Of a DNA stretch of 64,000 nt, positions 30,512 to 41,361 are shown in pieces. The stretch lies in the NCBI GenBank assembly GCA_964610875.1, contig CAZSWP010000015.1, positions 1 through 64,000 of the forward strand. The letters are read 5' to 3'. The translations under genes were made by a program, and so were the position numbers. Numbering within the stretch: the first letter of the stretch is position 1; each line of letters begins with the position of its first letter. The notes below the pieces were generated by a model. That model was not told where the DNA came from and did no database searches. It worked only from the letters and a program-made list of their open reading frames with translations. The DNA is from an uncultured archaeon. Its GTDB lineage: Archaea; Asgardarchaeota; Thorarchaeia; Thorarchaeales; Thorarchaeaceae.

Positions 30512-30745
30512 CCTCCAGACATGTATGTCTGATATTCAAGAAGTAGAGACGTTATTTCTATATGTGTTTACGTCTCCAACAGAATCTCGGAATATCATAT
30601 TTTTGTAGTGTTTTAACCATTTAACTAACTACCAAGATGCTGCTTCTTTCATAAAATCCCTTAACAGCTTTGGATATAAAACATGAGTCTGTTGCATTTT
30701 CTCGCGCCAAGACGATTTTTTCATCAAATCTCAGTAAATCAATGT

Positions 30746-31012
30746 TTACATCCTTGAAACCATCTCGACTTCTACTTGAGATATTCCCTCAATACCACCA
30801 ATAGCTTTTTCGATGTCGTCAGTACCGCCCATTGATTCTTCTCTTGCAACATTTAGTCTGAGTGCTTTAAGCCCAAAAGCAACTGGAATAATTTCATTAG
30901 CTCTGACATCTGTGCCCTCCGGAATGATTTTCTTAATTTTGTCTAACAAATCCTCTAAATCAACATCTACGTCTTCAGGCATTATCTTCAGTGTAATTAC
31001 TACCCTTGCCAT
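30746..31012 (-). CDS. ef1b: Elongation factor 1-beta
   Basis: KIMPEDVDVDL, PVAFGLKAL, GGTDDIE. Confidence 0.95.
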   Translation of the reverse strand: MARVVITLKIMPEDVDVDLEDLLDKIKKIIPEGTDVRANEIIPVAFGLKALRLNVAREESMGGTDDIEKAIGGIEGISQVEVEMVSRM

Positions 31013-31029
31013 TATTCTCTCTCCCATGT

Positions 31030-31215
31030 TTATGGTCCTTCAAAGCCACAGTTCGGACATGTATATCTATTCGAGAAGCGTCTGCATGATTCACAACGCC
31101 ATATCGTAAAACCACCACAATTCGGACAGTCCATTTTAACACTGTTCTCCTTTGGTGATATGGAACCGTGACATGATGTGCATCGTATAGCTTTCATACT
31201 TGACAAATCATTCAC
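31030..31215 (-). CDS. Zn-finger protein (DUF1610/HVO_2753-like)
   Basis: CTSC, CPNCG, RCESCR, YTCPNCGFEGP; typical position upstream of EF-1beta. Confidence 0.92.
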   Translation of the reverse strand: MNDLSSMKAIRCTSCHGSISPKENSVKMDCPNCGGFTIWRCESCRRFSNRYTCPNCGFEGP

Positions 31216-31348
31216 CAGAGTGTATTTTTTGAGATTCGCTCTTGGCCTCCCAGCGGAGTGGAATTATAAACTTACCGAAGGGCACGTAATTATAAAACCC
31301 AATTGATATATCTTGGCAGTATTCAACACTTTATCTGGAGAGGATAGT

Positions 31349-32383
31349 TTGGGAACAAAACTAAGTGATATAATGAATGCGGAAACAATCAGTCTAAAAG
31401 ATCTCTCTGGACGGGATATTGCAATAGACGCATTCAATACTCTCTATCAATTCTTGTCCACAATCCGACAACCAGATGGAACACCTCTGAAGGATAGAAA
31501 AGGGGGGTTTACAAGTCATCTATCAGGTCTGTTTTATCGAAATCTGAATTTACTTGAGATTGGAATTAACCCTGTTTTTGTTTTTGACGGAGAGCCTCCT
31601 GAATTAAAATCCGAAGAGGTTCAGCGACGCCGTGAGAAAAGAGAAAAAGCACATGAAGAATGGCAAAAAGCTAAGGAAGAAGGAAGAATTGAAGATGCTA
31701 GGAAAGCTGCACAAGCGTCCTCACGCTTGACTGATGATATGGTGACTGAAAGTAAGGAGCTACTCGAAGCGCTTGGAATTCCTGTTATTCAAGCCCCGTC
31801 TGAAGGTGAAGCTTTGGCAGCACAGATGGCTAGAGAGAAGCTTGTATGGGCCAGCGCAAGTCAGGATAACGATTCGCTTCTATATAACTGTCCAAGGATG
31901 GTGCGTAACCTCTCTATATCTGGAAGGCGCCGAATGGGCAGGTCTAAAACCTACAAGACGATACATCCCGAGATTATTGATTTAGACATTAATCTCAGAT
32001 TACTGAAAATAACACGTGAACAGCTAATTGACATTGCTATACTTGTAGGAACCGACTATAATGACAAAATCCCTGGCGTTGGACCAAAAACTGCACTCAA
32101 ACTGATAAAGAAACATGGCACATTTGAGAAAGTCATAGACGCAAAGGGTTATGAAGTTGATTTTCCGTACGAGGAAATTCGTGATATATTCTTGAATCCT
32201 CCAACGGTTGATCTCAAGAAGCCCATATGGAACGACCCTGATTATGATAGGATTATGAAGATTCTTCATGAACAACATGATTTCAGTGAGAATAGAGTGA
32301 CCAGCTCACTTGAAAGACTTGAAAAGGCGCTAGAGGAGATTCGTGGTTCTACACAACAAAGCTCATTGTCCGATTTCTTCTAA
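31349..32383 (+). CDS. fen: Flap endonuclease 1
   Basis: IDAFNTLYQFL, PVFVFDG, EGEA, GTDYN, GVGPKTA, PIP box QSSLSDFF. Confidence 0.97.
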   Translation: MGTKLSDIMNAETISLKDLSGRDIAIDAFNTLYQFLSTIRQPDGTPLKDRKGGFTSHLSGLFYRNLNLLEIGINPVFVFDGEPPELKSEEVQRRREKREKAHEEWQKAKEEGRIEDARKAAQASSRLTDDMVTESKELLEALGIPVIQAPSEGEALAAQMAREKLVWASASQDNDSLLYNCPRMVRNLSISGRRRMGRSKTYKTIHPEIIDLDINLRLLKITREQLIDIAILVGTDYNDKIPGVGPKTALKLIKKHGTFEKVIDAKGYEVDFPYEEIRDIFLNPPTVDLKKPIWNDPDYDRIMKILHEQHDFSENRVTSSLERLEKALEEIRGSTQQSSLSDFF

Positions 32384-32451
32384 TGTATGACTAGAGTCTG
32401 GACTTCCGAGAACTCTAAAAGGGACTGCACTGAAGAGCTTTTGAAACAGGT

Positions 32452-33168
32452 GTGCCTCTTATGCGAGAAAGAATGACTGCAATCAGAGTTAATGCTGTGG
32501 ATATTGTTAATGGTGATTTTGGAAATGATAATGGTCCTAGAATCATATCCCCATCAGGTGTTGAATTAAGACGAGTCATGCTCGTGGGAAATATTGTAGA
32601 GGCTCAGTACTATGAGAAGAAACCAACCGAAGGCAAAGAGAGTTTTGTCAGAATAATTTTGGATGATGGTTCAGAAACAGTAAGAGTACAAGCATGGGGT
32701 GCTGAAGCAGACCTAATGAGCGGAGTCCGACCATCAAAACTCGCTCTTATCATCGGGAAGGTGCAACAATACAAAGATGATGTCTTTGTAAAACCTGAAA
32801 CTATCAAAGAACTTGATGATGCAAATATAATGACTGTGCACAAGCTGGACCGAATGCTTACAATACTTCGAAATGGCGGAGATGTTTATGCATCGACAGA
32901 ACCTGATGTTTCCTTGGATGATTATATCGAACCGTCCACGGGAGAAAAGAGCTCTGACTCTGTAAGTTCTTCTCTACCTCGTCTTCAAAAACGAATCTAT
33001 GAATTTGTTTGTGAGAATGACTCTCTTCAAGGTGTCAGTAATACGATAATTGCAGACGCACTCGCGAATGGTGAGATGGATAAGGTAAAAATCGATATGG
33101 AGCTCATTGAATTAGTTGAGAAAGACATGATTTATGAAATTCAGACCGGTGTCTATCGCCCAACCTAG
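32452..33168 (+). CDS. RPA32-like OB-fold protein with C-terminal winged helix
   Basis: RVMLVGNIV, LDDGSETVRV, IIGKV OB fold; acidic linker; wH ending GVYRP. Confidence 0.8.
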   Translation: MPLMRERMTAIRVNAVDIVNGDFGNDNGPRIISPSGVELRRVMLVGNIVEAQYYEKKPTEGKESFVRIILDDGSETVRVQAWGAEADLMSGVRPSKLALIIGKVQQYKDDVFVKPETIKELDDANIMTVHKLDRMLTILRNGGDVYASTEPDVSLDDYIEPSTGEKSSDSVSSSLPRLQKRIYEFVCENDSLQGVSNTIIADALANGEMDKVKIDMELIELVEKDMIYEIQTGVYRPT

Positions 33169-33228
33169 GATTTCATTCATTATAGTGCAAACAGAAGCTT
33201 CAATAACCATCAGGAGAAGAACTGAATC

Positions 33229-33642
33229 ATGGACGATTACGAGAAACTATTGGATAGAGCAAGAAGCAGTGTACCAGAGGATGCCTTCAAGCGATCGGGT
33301 GAAAGATTTCAAGTACCAAACGTAGAACTAATTGTACAAGGAAATAGGACCATTTGGCAAAACTTTCAGGAAATAATTACAGTACTCAATCGTCCAGGCA
33401 AAGAAGTTCTCAAATATATTTCCGGACAACTAGCTACAGCAGGGAATATTGAAGGTGGAGGTGCTGTATTCCAAGGCAAATTCGCTCCTGAGATTGTTGA
33501 TGATGTTCTAAGTCGTTATATTGATGCATATGTCATTTGTCCTGTATGTGGCCGTCCTGACACTCATATGCAGAAGGAATCAAACGCTTACTACCTGAGT
33601 TGTACAGCATGTGGTGCTAGCACAGCGATTCGTCCTGTTTAG
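33229..33642 (+). CDS. eif2b: Translation initiation factor 2 beta
   Basis: YEKLLDRA, RF.VP, CPVCGRPDT, CTACGA. Confidence 0.96.
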   Translation: MDDYEKLLDRARSSVPEDAFKRSGERFQVPNVELIVQGNRTIWQNFQEIITVLNRPGKEVLKYISGQLATAGNIEGGGAVFQGKFAPEIVDDVLSRYIDAYVICPVCGRPDTHMQKESNAYYLSCTACGASTAIRPV

Positions 33643-33656
33643 GAGGGTTCTTTGAT

Positions 33657-33956
33657 TTGGCTTCGGTATATCTACGGATTCGTGAAACCCACGATCATGT
33701 AGTGGTTGCTGTATGCGATGAACAACTACTGGGAAAGACTTTGACAGAAGGAGCAATCATCTTCAAGGTCAGTGAAGAGTTCTATGGTGGAGACCTCGTT
33801 GACATGGACACATGTCTCAAATACCTGAAGACTGCAACCATAGCAAATATGGTTGGTAATGATACTGTAGAAGCAGCGAAAAGTGCAGGCATTGTTCATG
33901 AGAATGCAGTTCTCTATATTCAAGGGCACCCTCATGCACAGTGGATGAAACTCTGA
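33657..33956 (+). CDS. DUF424 family protein
   Basis: VAVCDEQLLGK, FYGG, ANMVG, PHAQ. Confidence 0.9.
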   Translation: MASVYLRIRETHDHVVVAVCDEQLLGKTLTEGAIIFKVSEEFYGGDLVDMDTCLKYLKTATIANMVGNDTVEAAKSAGIVHENAVLYIQGHPHAQWMKL

Positions 33957-33964
33957 GTTTTTCT

Positions 33965-34363
33965 TTAGTGTTTCTGTGCTCCACCGCCACAGAGGTTTCT
34001 CTGACCCAATTGCTGACAATCTCCATTGAGATACATATGAATGACGTCCTTTGCAGTGTTTCCTATACCATACAGAACTGTAAGACCTGCCTGTTGTGAG
34101 AACATGAAAGGCCTCATTCCCATACCACTTGCAATAAGGACATCGACACCATTTTGTGAGAGGAGATTTATTGGGTCAGCACAACTACTATGACCCGTAT
34201 TCCTAATCGTTTCGGTTGATGTTATTTTGCCATCTTCTACAGTACTGACAAGAAATGCATGACAGTGACCGAAGTGTGCGCTTATGGGACTATCCAGTCC
34301 ATGCTCTGAATCTATTGGTACTGCAATTCTAACTCTACTCATTATGTTTTTCACCTTTGTCAA
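33965..34363 (-). CDS. NifB/NifX-family FeMo-cofactor-binding-like protein
   Basis: RIAVP, ISAHFGHC, GVDVLIASGMG. Confidence 0.88.
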   Translation of the reverse strand: MTKVKNIMSRVRIAVPIDSEHGLDSPISAHFGHCHAFLVSTVEDGKITSTETIRNTGHSSCADPINLLSQNGVDVLIASGMGMRPFMFSQQAGLTVLYGIGNTAKDVIHMYLNGDCQQLGQRNLCGGGAQKH

Positions 34364-34560
34364 TACGATATCTTTGCTTGTGAAGGTAAAGCTTAGACCT
34401 GCTGAGCTGTGTATCTATAAAAGGATTGCATAATGTCCACTGGAAGAGATTCCTTGTATGACTATCACAACTACCTTTTTTGCCTTAGCCTTAGCCTTAT
34501 CAACAATCTAAATTGAAATGATAGGTGCAATTAGTTAGTAAACACCCGGACGGAATTAAA

Positions 34561-35646
34561 ATGCCTGCACCATGTTACATCTGTGGCGCTGATGCGGAGA
34601 TTGAGAGTCTTTGTACAGAATGCTACAATAAAGAGCATCCCCTTGCTACAATCCAATCCGTTGTGTCCATTACTATCTGTAAGAAATGTGGTGCAATCAA
34701 AGTTCCTGGCGGATGGAAGACAATAGATGATGAAACTCAAAGTGATTCCGCAAGAGAAACTTATGTTGGTTATATTCTTCAAAAGGAGCTAAAGGTGACT
34801 GGAAATGATGTAGAGCTCTCAATTTTGGAGTCTAATCGCCTTGACCGCGTCTTACAACTTGAATTGATAGTCACAGGTCACTCTCATCCTGATATTTCTC
34901 CTCATACGGAAACACTACCATTAGAGGTTCGTTTTAACTATGCCACATGTGATACCTGCTCTATGATGAGTGGAGGCTATTATGAATCAACGCTTCAAAT
35001 AAGAGCTCAAGATCGTTTACTCTCCGATGATGAAAAGATACAGATTATCGAGATTGCACGAGAGAAGACATATGCAGAGTATGGTCGTGATGCAAAGGCT
35101 TTCATTTTGCAAATTGATGAGATTAAATTTGGTCTGGACCTGTTCATAGGATCTGAATCACTATGCAAAAAAATAGCAGATGAGATTCAGGCCTTGTTTC
35201 TTGCAGAACGGCAAGAAAATTACAAGCTAATTGGTCAAGAAAAGGGTGGTAAGGACAAGTTTCGAATTACTATTGTTCTCAGGTTGCCACGATTTTCAAT
35301 TGGCGACATTATCAAAGTCAAAGGCAATCTCTGCGAAGTGAGGGACCTTGGCAAAGGTGGACTCTCGTGTTTTGACCTAGAAAACAAGGGGATTTTTACA
35401 ATCTCTCAAAAGAGTGCAAAATGGAAGACAGTAGAGTTTGTTATGCCACAATCCGAGAAAAGAAAGTTCATGGTTGTTTCTAATGTATATGGGCAACCTG
35501 TTCAAATAATGGACTCGATGACTTATGAAACACGAGAAATACAGGTTGATGAATCCCATCGAGATAATTACGAGAACGGTTCAATAATAGAAGTTATAGA
35601 ATTTGAAAATCGAATATATCCAATACGTATGATTCCTAGAAAATGA
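34561..35646 (+). CDS. nmd3: NMD3 ribosome maturation protein
   Basis: CYICG, LCTEC, CKKCG, CDTCS, GYYESTLQIR. Confidence 0.92.
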   Translation: MPAPCYICGADAEIESLCTECYNKEHPLATIQSVVSITICKKCGAIKVPGGWKTIDDETQSDSARETYVGYILQKELKVTGNDVELSILESNRLDRVLQLELIVTGHSHPDISPHTETLPLEVRFNYATCDTCSMMSGGYYESTLQIRAQDRLLSDDEKIQIIEIAREKTYAEYGRDAKAFILQIDEIKFGLDLFIGSESLCKKIADEIQALFLAERQENYKLIGQEKGGKDKFRITIVLRLPRFSIGDIIKVKGNLCEVRDLGKGGLSCFDLENKGIFTISQKSAKWKTVEFVMPQSEKRKFMVVSNVYGQPVQIMDSMTYETREIQVDESHRDNYENGSIIEVIEFENRIYPIRMIPRK

Positions 35647-35743
35647 CCCACTATTCCGTGGTTTCGTTACTCTTAAATGGCTAGTCTATCACCTCATGTT
35701 AGATGCTGGGTAATACTCAGTTTTTACCAATTGGAGGATTATT

Positions 35744-36064
35744 TTGTCAAGAAGAGGTAAACAAACAGGAAATACAGAAGAGCTCACAAGAGTCCGAACA
35801 CCACGTAGAAACGAAGGTGAACTCTTTGGAATTATCATTCAAATGTTAGGACATGACCGTGTAAGAGTTCGTTGTGAAGATGGTAATATCCGAATTGGTA
35901 GAATTCCTGGTAAGTTCAAGAAAAGAGTCTGGATGCGCGTAGGCGATACAGTTCTAGTTGTACCCTGGGACTTTCAGACTGATGAAAAAGCAGATGTTGT
36001 ATGGCGCTACAGGAATAATGAAGTTGATTGGTTGAAAAAACGTGGCATCTTAAAGATGTTTTAA
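35744..36064 (+). CDS. eif1a: Translation initiation factor 1A
   Basis: MLGHDRVRVRCEDG, RIPGKFKKRVW, PWDFQ. Confidence 0.96.
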   Translation: MSRRGKQTGNTEELTRVRTPRRNEGELFGIIIQMLGHDRVRVRCEDGNIRIGRIPGKFKKRVWMRVGDTVLVVPWDFQTDEKADVVWRYRNNEVDWLKKRGILKMF

Positions 36065-36130
36065 ACCTTTTATCAACAAATTGTTCTATTATCATTGGTC
36101 AATTAATTGAGACCAAGGTGAAATCCCTAG

Positions 36131-36919
36131 TTGAAACGCGTTGAAACCAAGAAAAGGGTCATCGATGACGAGATTGAACGCCGTAAGATGAAACGGCGAT
36201 ATGACGTTGATGAGTTTAAAGTAGTTGAAGGAGTAATTGATCCTCCAACCCTAAAAGTATTGTACAAACTACTGAATAAGGGAACTTTACGAGCTGTTCA
36301 TGGAGTGATAAGCACAGGAAAGGAAGCAAATGTGTATCGTGGGGAAAACTTGGACCGAGAAGCGGTTGCTGTCAAGATTTACAGAATGTCAACTGCCGAA
36401 ACAGACTTCATGCGTGAATATATTGTAGGAGATCCACGTTTCAAACGAGTCGGAAAGAAAAACAGAGTTTTAATTCCTCAATGGGCAATGAAGGAATATA
36501 GGAATCTCAAGAGATATTTTGAATCTGAGGTAAAGGTTCCTGAACCCATTGACATCGAACGAAATGTTGTAGTAATGGAGTTTATCGGCGACTTGGAATC
36601 TAATCAACCCGCACCACTTCTGAAGAATGTAGTCTTGGAGGACCCTGTGGATGTCTTTGATGAGATTATTCATATGATTGATCTCAGCTATAACGAAGCA
36701 GGTCTGGTTCATGCTGATCTTAGTGAATTCAATATACTCTGGAACGGTGGCCCTGTCTTTATTGATGTTTCACAATCGGTTTTGACAATTCATGAGAATG
36801 CTAAAAGGTACCTCTATCGAGATATTCAAAACATAGTGTCTTATTTTACTAAGCTCGGAGTCGAAAAAGTAGACCCACTTGAAATTGCGAAACACATCAT
36901 ATCAAAGAGTGAAGAATAA
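36131..36919 (+). CDS. rio1: RIO1 serine protein kinase
   Basis: ISTGKEANVY, AVKIY, LVHADLSEFNIL, IDVSQ. Confidence 0.95.
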   Translation: MKRVETKKRVIDDEIERRKMKRRYDVDEFKVVEGVIDPPTLKVLYKLLNKGTLRAVHGVISTGKEANVYRGENLDREAVAVKIYRMSTAETDFMREYIVGDPRFKRVGKKNRVLIPQWAMKEYRNLKRYFESEVKVPEPIDIERNVVVMEFIGDLESNQPAPLLKNVVLEDPVDVFDEIIHMIDLSYNEAGLVHADLSEFNILWNGGPVFIDVSQSVLTIHENAKRYLYRDIQNIVSYFTKLGVEKVDPLEIAKHIISKSEE

Positions 36920-36920
36920 C

Positions 36921-37484
36921 ATGTATTTCCACGAAACCGTCAGAGTTCCAATGGAGCGTCTTGGTGTAATTGTAGGCCGAAATGGACGAGTACGAAAAAG
37001 AGTCGAAAAGCTAACAAACACCAAGCTTGACATATCTTCAGAGGGCATGGTTACAATAACGAGCCCAGAGAGTTCTGAAGATCCAGTATTAGCATGGAAA
37101 GCACGCGATATTGTTCGTGCAATGGCTAGGGGATTCAGCCCAAAGAAAGCTCTGAATCTCATCGACGAAGAAACACGCTTGATTGTGATTTCGTTACGTG
37201 AAATGGTGGGTAATTCGTCAAGTCAGTTGAAAAGAGTATCTGGACGAATAATTGGGGAAAATGGACGAACACGTCGGGTCATAGAACAAACTGCAGGCGT
37301 TTATATATCAATTTATGGAAAAACAGTTGCTCTTATTGGCATGGACCCTGGTCTGGATTATGCAACCAGAGCTGTTACTATGCTTATTGATGGAGCACCA
37401 CATTCTGCAGTCTACAAATATCTAGAGAAATCTCGAAGAAGGATGAACCGTCAAGAGGCAGAGCTCTGGGAAGACTCTCTATAG
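36921..37484 (+). CDS. KH-domain pre-rRNA processing protein (Dim2/Pno1)
   Basis: RLGVIVGRNG, RGFSP, GRIIGENGRTR, GAPHSAVY; aIF1A-Rio1-Dim2 synteny. Confidence 0.92.
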   Translation: MYFHETVRVPMERLGVIVGRNGRVRKRVEKLTNTKLDISSEGMVTITSPESSEDPVLAWKARDIVRAMARGFSPKKALNLIDEETRLIVISLREMVGNSSSQLKRVSGRIIGENGRTRRVIEQTAGVYISIYGKTVALIGMDPGLDYATRAVTMLIDGAPHSAVYKYLEKSRRRMNRQEAELWEDSL

Positions 37485-37540
37485 CTCAATGTAATACGCG
37501 CTCTGAAATGAGCTTATTGCTAACTAGTCTTGAATGTCTT

Positions 37541-39061
37541 ATGACCAGTTATTCGACGCGATATGAAATATACGATAGTATCTCCCCTGCAGAGTTTTTT
37601 TACAGAAATAAGCAGATGGCAGGCTTCAGTAATCCCTCACAAGCACTCTATACAACAGTCAGAGAACTTGTAGAGAACAGTCTTGATGCCTGCGAGGCTG
37701 CAGCTGTTTTCCCTGAACTTCAGATTAGCATTATCAGAAAAACATCTGATGAAATCAAAGTTCGTGTGGGTGATAATGGTTCAGGAGTTCCAGACGAACA
37801 AGTAGCATCTGCTTTTGGTCGAGTCCTCTATGGCAGCAAGTTCGAATCACGACAACGGAGAGGTACTTTCGGTCTTGGTGTCACAATGGCTGTTCTATAC
37901 GGTCAGATAACAACAAATCAGGCTGTTTCGATTCATACTAGGACTAAAAACACACTAGGCCAAAAATATACGCTCTTTATAGATATTGAAGCAAACAGAC
38001 CTATTCTCGATTCAAAAATACAACTGAAACGAAGAGAAACTGGAACTACAGTTTCCTTGTCGATGGTAGGTGACTTAGCCAGGTCAAAAGATCGGATTAT
38101 TGATTATTTACGGCTAACGACAGTTTCAAGTCCTCATGCAATGATAAAGCTAAACATAGATGATGGGGAACCCTTTATTTTTGGGTGCTACTCCTCCGCA
38201 CTCCCAAGCATTCCCCTTAGTACAAAACCGCATCCTCGTTCTGCTGATACTGAAACCATCAGAAGATTGGTAGATGAGAACCCTGGTCTAAAATTGAGAG
38301 ATTTCCTCATGCAATCATTTCAACAAGTAGGTAGAAAGGGGGCATCCCAATTTCTTCGATTCTATGGATTCGAACCAAGCAAAGTTGTTTCCCATTTGAG
38401 TCGGAAACAACTAACCCGGATATCTAATGCACTCCAACAATATGACAAATTTGGCCGTCCTGATGCCACATGTCTGAGTCCTATTGGAAAGAAGAACATC
38501 CAACAGTCGATAAAATCCCTGTATAACACTGATGTGGTGTACTATTCTTCCAGAGTACCAGCTGAATGGAGTGGTTGGCCATTTATAATTGAAGGCGCAC
38601 TAGTTATAGACAAGAGTTTACCTGCACAGGATTTTCCAACATTATACCGTTTTGCGAATCGTGTTCCCCTTCTATACGATACAAATGATGATATTCTTTA
38701 TCGTGCTTTGAAGAAAATATCCTGGAGCCGATATGGATTGGATTCTGATCATCCTACTGCAATATTTGTTCATTTTTGCTCAACAAGAGTACCCTACAAT
38801 GGTGCAGGGAAACAATCTATGGCATCGATGCCAGAGATTGAAACTGAAGCATCTCTCCTATTCAAAGAATTAGGCCGCAAGATGAAACGTGCCATTTCTA
38901 AACATCGGAATCTACAACGTGACAGAAGTCGCATGCTTCGCTTTGAGAAGAGCTTTAAACTGGTGGCTAAATACAGCTATCAACTTGCAGAAATTAGGAA
39001 ACGGCCTGATACTGGTGATATGATTACAAGTCTATTTAGGGATGATCAAGATGACAACTAA
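37541..39061 (+). CDS. top6B: DNA topoisomerase VI subunit B
   Basis: SPAEFFYRN, ELVENSLDA, DNGSG, LYGSK, RG..GLG, RFANRVPLLY. Confidence 0.93.
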   Translation: MTSYSTRYEIYDSISPAEFFYRNKQMAGFSNPSQALYTTVRELVENSLDACEAAAVFPELQISIIRKTSDEIKVRVGDNGSGVPDEQVASAFGRVLYGSKFESRQRRGTFGLGVTMAVLYGQITTNQAVSIHTRTKNTLGQKYTLFIDIEANRPILDSKIQLKRRETGTTVSLSMVGDLARSKDRIIDYLRLTTVSSPHAMIKLNIDDGEPFIFGCYSSALPSIPLSTKPHPRSADTETIRRLVDENPGLKLRDFLMQSFQQVGRKGASQFLRFYGFEPSKVVSHLSRKQLTRISNALQQYDKFGRPDATCLSPIGKKNIQQSIKSLYNTDVVYYSSRVPAEWSGWPFIIEGALVIDKSLPAQDFPTLYRFANRVPLLYDTNDDILYRALKKISWSRYGLDSDHPTAIFVHFCSTRVPYNGAGKQSMASMPEIETEASLLFKELGRKMKRAISKHRNLQRDRSRMLRFEKSFKLVAKYSYQLAEIRKRPDTGDMITSLFRDDQDDN

Positions 39062-40109
39062 CCAAGATGCAATTAGCAGGTTACAAGCCTTTGGAGTGGA
39101 AGTGGCTTCCAAGATTCAATCTGGTGAGTTTCCTGCAGTTGAAATTCCGGATAGGAATACAAGTAACATTGTTTATGATACAAAATTAGAGCAGTATGTA
39201 TTAGGGCCAAAAAAGAGTAGAAGGGAATCGGCAAATATCAGGCATGTTCATAGTTTTGCTCAGCTTACATGGGTTGCTGCATTTGCTAAAGACTTGCTTA
39301 TTTCTGGGAGAACAAGTTCTCTAAGGGACCTATACTATTCAAGTGAAGCATATGGTCTCAAATTCAAAGACCAACCTGAATCCAACCGAGTGGTTTCAGA
39401 TTTGGAATGCTTACTAGATATGTCCAGAGAAGACTTTGGTATTTTTCCTGAAGAACACTCTTCAATTTATGGAGAAGTCATAATGGAATATACGGTATCA
39501 GGATACGAGGGACGTAAAGTTGACCTCACAGTGAGTCCTGATGGTCTTCCCATCGGTCGTGCTCTAATGACAGCAAAACCTGTGTCAACAAATGCCAAAA
39601 TCATCCTAGCTGTTGAGTCTGGAGGCATGTTCTCACGCTTGATTGAAACTGAATCTTGGAAGGATATGAGCGCAGTACTGGTACATCTAGGTGGTCAGGC
39701 GCCTAGATCAACAAGACGCTTGCTGAAGTGCTTACATACAGAACTGAATTTGCCTGTCTATGTATTTACTGATGGCGATCCATGGGGTATGCACATTGCA
39801 CGAGTTATTATGTCTGGAAGTGCAAATGCTGCTCATGTTAAGGGTCTGTCCATACCGACTGCTAGGTGGATTGGAGTTACTGCCGCGGATATAAAGAAAC
39901 ACAATCTTCCAACAGAAGATATGAGTGACTATGATCTAAGAAGATTGGATGAGCTAACTAATGATATTCGATACTCATCAGAATTCTGGCAAAATCAGAT
40001 ACATAAATTCAAACAACTAAGAAAGAAAGCCGAACAGCAAGCTTTCAGTAGACATGGCATTGATTATGTGGTTGATTCATACTTGACCGATAAACTCTCT
40101 GCATTTTAG
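39042..40109 (+). CDS. top6A: DNA topoisomerase VI subunit A
   Basis: LRDLYY (catalytic Tyr), AVESGGMF, TDGDPWG, KAEQQA. Confidence 0.93.
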   Translation: MIKMTTNQDAISRLQAFGVEVASKIQSGEFPAVEIPDRNTSNIVYDTKLEQYVLGPKKSRRESANIRHVHSFAQLTWVAAFAKDLLISGRTSSLRDLYYSSEAYGLKFKDQPESNRVVSDLECLLDMSREDFGIFPEEHSSIYGEVIMEYTVSGYEGRKVDLTVSPDGLPIGRALMTAKPVSTNAKIILAVESGGMFSRLIETESWKDMSAVLVHLGGQAPRSTRRLLKCLHTELNLPVYVFTDGDPWGMHIARVIMSGSANAAHVKGLSIPTARWIGVTAADIKKHNLPTEDMSDYDLRRLDELTNDIRYSSEFWQNQIHKFKQLRKKAEQQAFSRHGIDYVVDSYLTDKLSAF

Positions 40110-40129
40110 TGCTTATAGGTTGTTAATTA

Positions 40130-41167
40130 TCATATCAGACCTGAGTTAAATGGATATGCGAACAGAAGCAGAAACAAACCCCCATACGCTATTAACGCCT
40201 GAAGAATCAGTAGAAGCATGACATTCTTCTTTTCAGTAATATTATCTGATAGCCATGGGAATAACCAATACATTGTGAATGGTCCTTCCACCTCCATAGT
40301 CCCATCATCTCTGGGCTTTGCGAATTTGACCCACTCTTTGCCTTTCCTTTTCACATAAACTCTGTATACCAAATACATTAGAAAATTGATACCAAAAGTG
40401 AAGTAAAGCACTATTGCCAGTCTGTCAAAGTTACCAAGAACAAGTGCTACTGCCATAGCTGCTCCAATTGGCAGTCTTCCTACATCTCCTGGCAAAACCT
40501 TTGCGGGATATCTGTTGAATATATAGAATGCCACAGTTGCCCCAAGCAGTGCTGCAGCAACGGTTGAAGCATCAATCTGGCTGGAGGAAATCTCTGCTCC
40601 TGTCATGACCGGTATCAGAATCACATAGATCACTAGAGATGAGGCATTTATAGCAGCAAGACCTGTTTCTAAACCATTCATTCCACCATACATGTTAGTA
40701 GAGTCAATAATGAACGTCATTATGAGTGGGACAATCACCAGTGGATATAGTATCCCTAAATCCAAGGTACCAATTATTGGAATGGACATTGTTGTTGTAC
40801 CAACATTCAATGCCATCATTGGAATTGAGGCAATGAGTGGCAATACTACCTTGGTTCTATTGCTAAAGTCTAAGGTGTCGTCCAATAATCCAATCATCCC
40901 CGCCATGAGTATTGAAACCAAAGCCGCAAGCAATCCTGGATTGATAATTAATTCCAAACCAAAAGTCCGTATTCCTATGCATACGAGAAGACTGGATACT
41001 ATTGCAAATAGCAGGATGTATCCTGCACCCTTCGGGACTTCAGGTCTATCTGGTTTATGAACATCAGTACCAGTTATCCCCTTTTCCCTGAGGGCCCTTA
41101 TGGTACCAGGCATTAGTAGAATTACCAATACAAATGAGAAAATCAATGCAATAGCAACTGTTATCAT
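40130..41167 (-). CDS. UDP-GlcNAc:dolichyl-phosphate GlcNAc-1-P transferase (GPT/Alg7/AglH type)
   Basis: GTDVHKP, GLLDD, NMYGGMNGLE, FNRYPAKVLPGDVG; multiple TMs. Confidence 0.88.
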   Translation of the reverse strand: MITVAIALIFSFVLVILLMPGTIRALREKGITGTDVHKPDRPEVPKGAGYILLFAIVSSLLVCIGIRTFGLELIINPGLLAALVSILMAGMIGLLDDTLDFSNRTKVVLPLIASIPMMALNVGTTTMSIPIIGTLDLGILYPLVIVPLIMTFIIDSTNMYGGMNGLETGLAAINASSLVIYVILIPVMTGAEISSSQIDASTVAAALLGATVAFYIFNRYPAKVLPGDVGRLPIGAAMAVALVLGNFDRLAIVLYFTFGINFLMYLVYRVYVKRKGKEWVKFAKPRDDGTMEVEGPFTMYWLFPWLSDNITEKKNVMLLLILQALIAYGGLFLLLFAYPFNSGLI

Positions 41168-41361
41168 TTCTATGACGCCTCTAGTTAGAGTTCTTTGACA
41201 TCAAACCCGTTTTACACTTTTCGGGAATTGTTTGTTAAAGGTTACAGTACATTATCTATTCTAACGGAAACTCTTTTAACGTCCCTGAAGCTGGACCGCA
41301 TCGTTCATGGGTCTGAGGCAATAGAATAACTCAGATTTATACCATCACATGGTGATTTGTA

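Noticed and set aside
37541-40109. Spo11-like meiotic variant of Topo VI
   Set aside because: A and B subunits are adjacent with intact catalytic motifs in the usual Rio1-Dim2-top6 context
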